From Myxococcales bacterium (lineage in GTDB: Bacteria > Myxococcota_A > Polyangia > Haliangiales > Haliangiaceae), in NCBI GenBank assembly GCA_016708565.1, contig JADJFN010000037.1, forward strand, positions 1 to 64,000: 64,000 nucleotides of DNA, in the 5' to 3' direction. A program made the translations under genes and the position numbers. This document shows positions 57,717 to 64,000 of this stretch, in pieces; within the stretch, counting starts at the first letter, position 1; each line of letters opens with the position of its first letter. The notes beneath the pieces were generated by a model. The model was not told the DNA's origin. It ran no database searches and saw nothing but the letters and a program-made list of their open reading frames with translations.

Positions 57717-58334
57717 ATGTCGGACGATCGATCCTACTGGGAGCGCCACGCGCGCCGCTACGATCGCTCGACGCGGTTCCTCGGGCGGCCGCTGCCGCGC
57801 GCGCTGGCGCTGGCGGCCGCCGCGGTGCGCGGCCGCGCCGACGTGCTCGAGCTGGCGGCCGGCACCGGCGCGTTCACCGCGGCGATCGCGCCCGAGGTCG
57901 GCGCGCTGATCGCCACCGACTACGCGCAGGCCATGGTCGACGCGCTGGCGGCCCGGGTCCGCGCCGCCGGCTTGACCAACGTCACCTGCGCCCGGGTCGA
58001 CCTGTACGAGCTGCCGTACCCGGCGGCCCGCTTCGACGCGGTGGTCGCGGCCAACGTGCTGCACCTGGTGCCGGACCTGCCGGCGGCGCTGGCCAGCGTG
58101 CGTCGGGTGCTGCGGCCCGACGGCGTGCTGGTGGCGCCGACGTACCTGCACCGCGGCACGTTCACCGCGGCGGCGCTGTCTCGCGTCATGGCCGTCACGG
58201 GCTTCCCCGGCCACCGGCGGTTCGACGCGGTGGGGCTCGCCGCGGCGCTGGCCGCCGCAGGCTTCGCCGTCGTCGCGGCCGAGACGATCCCCGGTCCGTT
58301 GCCGATCGGCCACGTCGTCGCCGCGATCCGATGA
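57717..58334 (+). CDS. Class I SAM-dependent methyltransferase
   Basis: MSDDRSYWERHARRYD; LELAAGTGAFT motif I; LRPDGVLV. Confidence 0.7.
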   Translation: MSDDRSYWERHARRYDRSTRFLGRPLPRALALAAAAVRGRADVLELAAGTGAFTAAIAPEVGALIATDYAQAMVDALAARVRAAGLTNVTCARVDLYELPYPAARFDAVVAANVLHLVPDLPAALASVRRVLRPDGVLVAPTYLHRGTFTAAALSRVMAVTGFPGHRRFDAVGLAAALAAAGFAVVAAETIPGPLPIGHVVAAIR

Positions 58335-58349
58335 GCCGCATCGCGCCGA

Positions 58350-58883
58350 TCAGAAGGTCGCGAAGTCGAAGCCGGCCGAGGCCCCGAGCGCGGCGGTGTC
58401 GCCGAGGTCGGGCGCCAGCAGCCCGCCGACGACCGTGAGCCCGCCGCGGCGCAGGCCGACGCCGAGCGACGCGCCCAGCTCGGTCTGGGTGTCGGCGCCA
58501 TCGCCGACCCCGGTGTCGACCGCGGCGTGGGCGATCGTCACGCCGAGCTCGGCGGCGACGAACAGGCCGCTCGCGCCGAGCGGCAGCCGCACGCCGGCCC
58601 AGATCGGGACGTAGATCAGGCTGGCGCCGTCGGCCTTCATCGCGTGCAGCAGCGCGCCGGCGCGGACCGTCGCGACCGCGGGTCCGGCGGGGAACGCGGC
58701 CCGGCCCATCGCGCCGGCCGCGACGCTGGCGACGTCGGCGTAGTCGCCGATCGGCAGGGCGACCACGGCGTCGACGCCGATCGCGCGCGCGGGTGGCGGC
58801 GCATCGGCGCGCGCGTCGCTGGCGGTGACAGCGGCGAGGGCGAAGGTGAGGGCGATCATGGCGAGGGTGGGCGTGGTGTTCAT
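58350..58883 (-). CDS. Secreted/outer-membrane Gly-Ala-rich protein
   Basis: Signal peptide MNTTPTLAMIALTFALAAVTASDARA; C-terminal ...GFDFATF. Confidence 0.45.
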   Translation of the reverse strand: MNTTPTLAMIALTFALAAVTASDARADAPPPARAIGVDAVVALPIGDYADVASVAAGAMGRAAFPAGPAVATVRAGALLHAMKADGASLIYVPIWAGVRLPLGASGLFVAAELGVTIAHAAVDTGVGDGADTQTELGASLGVGLRRGGLTVVGGLLAPDLGDTAALGASAGFDFATF

Positions 58884-59040
58884 GGGGTCCTCTCGAAGAC
58901 GGCCGGCGAGGTCATCGTCGTGGCCTTCTACGAGCGCCCCCCGCCGCGCTGCGACATCACCCCGACATCACCGCGATCGCGGCAACGCGCCACGGGACAT
59001 GGCCCACCGCGAGGCTCACACTGATGGCGAGGCCGCTGCC

Positions 59041-59595
59041 ATGTGGTTCGCGCACGTGCTCACGCTGTCGCGGATCCCGATCGCCCTCGGGTTCTGGTGG
59101 ACCTATGGCGATCGGCGGTGGTCGATCGCGCTGCTGGTGCTGGCGGCGCTGACCGACGCGGTCGACGGGGCGGTCGCGCGCTGGTCGCGCCGGCGCACCG
59201 GGATCACCGCGCCGTCGGCCGGCGAGTGGCTCGATCCGCTGGCCGACAAGGTGTTCGTGCTGGTCGCGATCGCGGCGGTGCAGCACCACGACCCCGCGCC
59301 CTGGCCGCTGGTCGCGCTGATCGTCGCGCGCGAGCTGGTGCTGATCCCGCTGGCCACGGTGTACCGCCTCGCGGTCCACGGTCGCGGCGCCCACGCGTTC
59401 CAGGCCGCCGCCATCGGCAAGGCCGCGACCGTGGCCGAGGTGGCCGCGCTCGGCGCGCTGGTGATCTACCGTCCGGCGCTGCCGCCGCTGGCGATCGTCG
59501 CCGGCGTCCTCGGCGTGGCCGCCGCGGCGCGCTACGTGTTGCGGGCGCGCCACGTGCGCCGCGACGCCGCGGTCACGACGGCGCCGCCCATCTGA
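59041..59595 (+). CDS. CDP-alcohol phosphatidyltransferase family protein
   Basis: DAVDGAVAR...G...LDPLADK motif (D-x2-DG-x2-AR...G-x3-D-x3-D); multi-TM. Confidence 0.7.
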   Translation: MWFAHVLTLSRIPIALGFWWTYGDRRWSIALLVLAALTDAVDGAVARWSRRRTGITAPSAGEWLDPLADKVFVLVAIAAVQHHDPAPWPLVALIVARELVLIPLATVYRLAVHGRGAHAFQAAAIGKAATVAEVAALGALVIYRPALPPLAIVAGVLGVAAAARYVLRARHVRRDAAVTTAPPI

Positions 59596-60676
59596 CGCCG
59601 GCGGCCGAGATCTCCTGGTACCACGGCAGCCCCCAGCGACCGGGCTTGATCACCAGCTCGACCTCGCGGCGCGCCTCGGCGGCGTTGCACAGCTCGTGCA
59701 CCACCTGGATCTGCGACGGCAGGTCGAAGCGATCGGGCGTCGGGCGGCCGCCCAACCACAGGTGGTACGAGTAGCTCTTGCTGCCGCGCTTGCCGCGGTG
59801 CTCGCGCACCTCGCAGCGGTCGATCGGCGCGGTCAGCCGCACCGCCGGGGCGTCGTCGAGCGCGCGGTTGGTGTCACCGAGCACCTGGATGCTGGCCACC
59901 GGCAGGCCCAGGGTCAGCACCACGGCGCTCTCGATCAGCACCCGGTGGCCGCGCGACGAGCCGCGCAGCACCAGCCAGGTGACGCCGACCAGGGCCAGCA
60001 GCGCCACCGCCGCGACCCCGAGGCCGGTCGCGATCACCTGGCCGGGGTACACGTGGACGTCCTCGCGGTGGATCACGACCTCGGCGAACGCGCCGACCGC
60101 GTAGCCGAACATCGCCCACACGACGCCCTCGATCAGCAGCGCCTTCCACAGGAACGGATCGGCGAACCAGCGGCGCGGCGTGTGCTCGATCGGCGCGCTG
60201 GCGCGCTGCAGCCGCAGCAGCGCGTCGAGCTGCTCGTCGGTGGGCTCGGAGCCGCTGAGTTGATCGATCCACACGGTCGCGCCGTCGTAGCGGACCGACG
60301 ACGCCCCCAGGTCCAGCGCCGCGACCACGGCCGCGCGCAGGTCGGGCGACGCCGCCACCAGCTCGGTCACCGCCGGGTGATCGCACGTCAGGTAGACGCG
60401 GTCGTCGAACCGCGCGTCGCCGGTCTGCAGCTCGTTGGCCACGCCGACCCGCTTGAAGAAGCGATCGAGCTTGCTCTCGGCGTGCATGCGCACCCAGGTC
60501 GGCGACGGCGCGGCCATGCCGATCGTCACCGCGGTGACCCGCTTCTTGTCGCGGTGCTCCTGCAGGTAGTACCCCTCGCCGAGGTGGTGGCCGTGGACCG
60601 CCGGCGGCGATCGCCGCCGCCACTGCCGGACCGCGAACCCGATCACCGCCAGCACGAGCCGGATCAGCAGCCACAT
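59573..60676 (-). CDS. Membrane hypothetical protein
   Basis: N-terminal TM, central TM pair (ALLIEGVVWAMFGYAVGAF; GVAAVALLALVGVTWLVL). Confidence 0.5.
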   Translation of the reverse strand: MWLLIRLVLAVIGFAVRQWRRRSPPAVHGHHLGEGYYLQEHRDKKRVTAVTIGMAAPSPTWVRMHAESKLDRFFKRVGVANELQTGDARFDDRVYLTCDHPAVTELVAASPDLRAAVVAALDLGASSVRYDGATVWIDQLSGSEPTDEQLDALLRLQRASAPIEHTPRRWFADPFLWKALLIEGVVWAMFGYAVGAFAEVVIHREDVHVYPGQVIATGLGVAAVALLALVGVTWLVLRGSSRGHRVLIESAVVLTLGLPVASIQVLGDTNRALDDAPAVRLTAPIDRCEVREHRGKRGSKSYSYHLWLGGRPTPDRFDLPSQIQVVHELCNAAEARREVELVIKPGRWGLPWYQEISAAGVRWAAPS

Positions 60677-60732
60677 CGTCGAAGCAGTCTAGTCGACTTT
60701 GGCCTGCATCCGCGGGGCGCTACGCTGCGCCC

Positions 60733-61290
60733 ATGATCAAGATCGCCATCATCGTCGGCAGCACCCGCCCCGGTCGCAAGGCGCCCGCCGTCGCGCAGTG
60801 GGTGTACGACGCCGCCAGCCAGCGCACCGACGCCAGCTTCGAGATCGTCGACCTGCTGGCCTACGACCTGCCGCTGCTCGACGAGCCGATGCCGCCCGCC
60901 ATGGGCAAGTACACCAAGCCGCACACGATGGCGTGGTCGGCCAAGATCGCCGCGTTCGACGGCTACGTGTTCGTCACCCCCGAGTACAACCACGGCCCGT
61001 CGGGCGCGCTCAAGAACGCCATCGACTTCCTGTACCGCGAGTGGAACAACAAGGCGGCCGGCTTCGTCGCCTACGGCAGCGCCGGCGGCACCCGCGCGGT
61101 CGAGCAGCTGCGGCTGATCATGGCCGAGCTGCAGATCGCCGACGTCCGCGGCCAGGTCGCGCTGTCGCTGTACACCGACTTCGAGAACTTCGCGACGTTC
61201 AAGCCGGCCCCGGTCCACGCCAAGCCGCTGGCCGCGATGCTCGATCAGGTCGTGGCCTGGGCCACCGCGCTGAAGCCGCTGCGCGGCTGA
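60733..61290 (+). CDS. NADPH-dependent FMN reductase
   Basis: MIKIAIIVGSTRPGRK...FVTPEYNHGPSGALKNAIDFL. Confidence 0.8.
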   Translation: MIKIAIIVGSTRPGRKAPAVAQWVYDAASQRTDASFEIVDLLAYDLPLLDEPMPPAMGKYTKPHTMAWSAKIAAFDGYVFVTPEYNHGPSGALKNAIDFLYREWNNKAAGFVAYGSAGGTRAVEQLRLIMAELQIADVRGQVALSLYTDFENFATFKPAPVHAKPLAAMLDQVVAWATALKPLRG

Positions 61291-61313
61291 TCGCCGGCGC
61301 GCGCCGCGCGCGC

Positions 61314-62207
61314 TCAGTAGTACCAGGGGAACGGCGAGTAGTCCTGCTTGCGCTTCTCGAGGAACGCGTCGCGGCCCTCCTGCGCCTCGTCGGTCCCGTA
61401 GGCCAGGCGCGTCGCCTCGCCGGCGAACAGCTGCTGGCCGACCAGGCCGTCGTCGCACAGGTTGAACGCGTACTTCAGCATGCGCTGCGCGGTCGGGCTC
61501 TTGGCGTTGATCTCGGCGGCCCACTCGAGCGCGACCCGCTCGAGGTCGGCGTGCGGCACCACCGCGTTGGCCATGCCCATGTCCGCGGCCTCTTGCCCCG
61601 AGTAGGTGCGGCCGAGGAAGAAGATCTCGCGCGCCTTCTTCTGCCCGACCATCCGCGCCAGGTACGCCGAGCCGTAGCCGCCGTCGAAGCTGGCGACGTC
61701 GGCGTCGGTCTGCTTGAACTTCGCGTGCTCGGCGCTGGCCAGGGTCAGGTCGCACACGACGTGCAAGCTGTGGCCGCCGCCGACCGCCCAGCCGTTGACC
61801 ACCGCGATCACCACCTTGGGCATGAACCGGATCAGCCGCTGCACCTCGAGGATGTGCAGCCGGCCCAGGCGCGCGGCGTCGACGACGCCCTCGCCCTCCT
61901 GGTACTGGTAGCCGGCCTTGCCGCGGATGCGCTGGTCGCCGCCCGAGCAGAACGCCCAGCCGCCGTCCTTGGCCGACGGGCCGTTGCCGGTGAGCAGCAC
62001 CGTGCCGACGTCGCTGGTCTGGCGCGCGTGATCGAGCGCGGCGTACAGCTCGTCGACGGTCTTGGGCCGGAACGCGTTGCGCACCTCGGGGCGGTTGAAC
62101 GCGATGCGCACCGTGCCCTGGCCGACGGCCCGGTGGTAGGTGAGGTCGGTGAACGCGAAGCCGGGGACGGCGGTCCAGCGAGTCGGATCGAAGATGGCGC
62201 TCGGCAT
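61314..62207 (-). CDS. menB: 1,4-dihydroxy-2-naphthoyl-CoA synthase
   Basis: Crotonase fold; MenB motifs (AFCSGGDQ, NGWAVGGGHSLHVVCDL); C-terminal ...YSPFPWYY. Confidence 0.9.
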   Translation of the reverse strand: MPSAIFDPTRWTAVPGFAFTDLTYHRAVGQGTVRIAFNRPEVRNAFRPKTVDELYAALDHARQTSDVGTVLLTGNGPSAKDGGWAFCSGGDQRIRGKAGYQYQEGEGVVDAARLGRLHILEVQRLIRFMPKVVIAVVNGWAVGGGHSLHVVCDLTLASAEHAKFKQTDADVASFDGGYGSAYLARMVGQKKAREIFFLGRTYSGQEAADMGMANAVVPHADLERVALEWAAEINAKSPTAQRMLKYAFNLCDDGLVGQQLFAGEATRLAYGTDEAQEGRDAFLEKRKQDYSPFPWYY

Positions 62208-62270
62208 GCCGTTCCTTACCACGGGCGCATCGGGCGCCCGCGCCGGTGGCCGCGTGCGACAGTGTGGCCG

Positions 62271-62726
62271 ATGCCGACCCTGGTCCCGGTCGCCCACGAC
62301 GACCCGCGGCTCGATCGCCTGCTGCAGCTGTACATGCACGAGTGGAGCGCGCTGGTCGCGACGCCGATCGACGCCGACGCGCGCTACCGCTACCCCGACC
62401 TGCCGGACTGGGAGGATCGCGTCGACCACGCGGCGTACCTGGTCGTCGCCGACGCCGCGCCGCAGGGCTTCGCGCTGATCGCGCGCGACCCGGCCGGCAC
62501 CTGGCACGTCGAGGAGTTCTTCGTGATCGCCGGCGCGCGGCGGCGCGGGCTGGGCGATCGCGCGGCGCGCGCGCTGTTCGCGGCGCACCCCGGCGCGTGG
62601 ACCTGGACGGTGCGGCCCGAGAACCCGGCGGCGCTGGCGTTCTGGCGGCGGGTGGCGCCGACCGCGACGGTGACACCCGAGCCCGGCGACGACGGCATCG
62701 TCCGCACCCGCATGAGGCTGGGGTGA
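62271..62726 (+). CDS. GNAT family N-acetyltransferase
   Basis: Acetyl-CoA-binding motif (FVIAGARRRGLGDRAARALF). Confidence 0.65.
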   Translation: MPTLVPVAHDDPRLDRLLQLYMHEWSALVATPIDADARYRYPDLPDWEDRVDHAAYLVVADAAPQGFALIARDPAGTWHVEEFFVIAGARRRGLGDRAARALFAAHPGAWTWTVRPENPAALAFWRRVAPTATVTPEPGDDGIVRTRMRLG

Positions 62727-63052
62727 GCGACGCGCCCGCCTGCGGCCACCCCCTGTGCGCGCTGATCGGCGGCGGCTGCAGCCTGGCCGCGGGCGTGTCG
62801 CGCGGCTGCCGCGCCGGGCCGCCTCCGGATCGCGCGATCGCGCCGGCGGTGATCGACGAGGTGCGCGGGCTGCTGGGCGCGCTCGATCCGGAGCTCCCCG
62901 ACGCCGCGCGGCGCGCCGCGGCCGCGCAGCTGGCCCGGATCATCCGCCGCGAGGCGCGCGAGGATCGCAGCCTGCTGGTGCTGGCCGCCGACGGCGACCT
63001 CGAGCCGGCGCTGGCCGAGCGCCTCACCGCGCTGTGCCGCCGCGCCCGTTGA
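62723..63052 (+). CDS. Small hypothetical protein (about 110 aa)
   Basis: GTG start overlapping the GNAT stop (GGGGTGAGC); VSDAPACGHPLCALIGGGCS... Confidence 0.3.
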   Translation: MSDAPACGHPLCALIGGGCSLAAGVSRGCRAGPPPDRAIAPAVIDEVRGLLGALDPELPDAARRAAAAQLARIIRREAREDRSLLVLAADGDLEPALAERLTALCRRAR

Positions 63053-63055
63053 GGA

Positions 63056-64000
63056 TCACGCCACCGCGCCGACCGCGCGCAACGCCGACAGCAGCGCGAC
63101 CCAGCGATCCTCGAGGTCGCCGGTGATGCCGATCGACATGCGCACCAGCCCGGGCCCGATGCCGGCGGCAGCCAGCGCCTCGTCGGTGAGCTCGCTCGAG
63201 GTCGAGCTGGCCGACGCCGACATCAGCGTCTCGGCGTAGCCCAGGCTGACCGCCATGAAGCCGAAGCGGTGCTGGTTCTGCAGGAGGTCCATGAAGCGGT
63301 TGGCGCGCTCGCGGCTGCCGAGATCGATCGTGCACAGCCCGCCGAAGCCCTGGCCCGGGTTGAGCTGCCGCTTCATCAGCGCGTGCTGCGGGTGCGCCGG
63401 CAGGCCGGGGTAGGTGACCGCGGCGCCTAGCTCGGCCATCCGCGCGCACAGGATCATCGCGCGGCGTGAGTGCTCGGCGATGCGCAGCGGCAGGTGCGGC
63501 AGGCGCATCGACACCTCGAACGCCGAGCGGGCGTCCATCGTCGGCCCCAGCAGCATCAGCGTGCCGGTGTGCAGATCCATGAGCTGCCCGACGAACGCGG
63601 CCGAGCCCAGCACCGCGCCGGCGATCAGATCGGACGCGCCGTTGACGAACTTGGTCAGGCTGTGGACCACCACGTCGGCGCCGTGCAAGGCCGGCGTGAT
63701 CATCACCGGGCAGAAGGTGTTGTCGACGACCAGCGCCGCGCCGTGGCGGTGGGCGATCGCCGCCAGCGCCGCCAGGTCGGCGACCTCGAGCGTCGGGTTC
63801 GACAGCGTCTCGGTGAACAGCACCTTGGTGCGCGGGGTGAACGCGGCCTCGACGGCGGCCAGGTCGGTGATCGGCACGAACGTCGTGCGGATCGCGGTCT
63901 TGGCCGGGAACAGCTCGGCGAACAGCGCGTGGCTGCCGCCGTAGATCGCCCGCGACGCGACGATGTGATCGCCGGTGTCGCACAGCTGCAGCACCGCGGC
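63056..64000 (-). CDS. PLP-dependent Cys/Met-metabolism enzyme (cystathionine gamma-synthase/lyase family), N-terminus beyond window
   Basis: Motifs DNTFCPV, HSLTKFVNGASDLIAG (PLP-Lys), C-terminal ...MSIGITGDLEDR; ORF still open at 64000. Confidence 0.8.
   Translation of the reverse strand, partial: AAVLQLCDTGDHIVASRAIYGGSHALFAELFPAKTAIRTTFVPITDLAAVEAAFTPRTKVLFTETLSNPTLEVADLAALAAIAHRHGAALVVDNTFCPVMITPALHGADVVVHSLTKFVNGASDLIAGAVLGSAAFVGQLMDLHTGTLMLLGPTMDARSAFEVSMRLPHLPLRIAEHSRRAMILCARMAELGAAVTYPGLPAHPQHALMKRQLNPGQGFGGLCTIDLGSRERANRFMDLLQNQHRFGFMAVSLGYAETLMSASASSTSSELTDEALAAAGIGPGLVRMSIGITGDLEDRWVALLSALRAVGAVA

Overview
High-GC (about 70%) chromosomal segment, consistent with a myxobacterial-type deltaproteobacterium, carrying about 65 protein-coding genes. 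Many encode lipoproteins, TPR proteins and small secreted proteins. The large GC-rich reading frames antisense to real genes are not coding.

Three loci stand out.

(1) Positions 2719-12269 hold a tightly coupled five-gene minus-strand operon: WGR/DUF4132 protein, MoxR-type AAA+ ATPase, DUF5682 protein, VWA protein, SWIM zinc-finger protein. Directly upstream and co-directional is a gene for a clear homolog of the eukaryotic major vault protein (12336-14834). The pairing echoes the eukaryotic vault accessory factors (vPARP with vWA; TEP1 with TROVE and an ATPase) and may be an undescribed bacterial vault-like or NTPase-driven system.

(2) Positions 52655-52792 carry a circularly arranged tRNA-like module. 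A canonical T-arm and 3' acceptor strand are followed, across a CTCG tetraloop, by the 5' acceptor strand and D-arm. The anticodon-stem strands open onto flanking helices. This is the YrlA-type bacterial Y RNA architecture, and it sits just downstream of a 710-aa gene that may encode an Rsr/Ro60-like protein.

(3) Positions 27628-29176 hold a REPtron-like element: an HUH Y1 (RAYT-like) transposase gene flanked by arrays of a 20-21 bp REP-like repeat and by 36-bp direct repeats, inserted at the 3' end of a gene.

Other features include a tandem 62-nt repeat with perfect 10-bp hairpins, an ABC permease pair (DppB/DppC-like) translationally coupled to a Rieske ferredoxin, a VWA-FHA transmembrane protein, dtd, menB, a B12-binding radical SAM enzyme, PhzF, and an ArsR/AHSA1 pair. 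No rRNA, canonical tRNA or CRISPR array was found.
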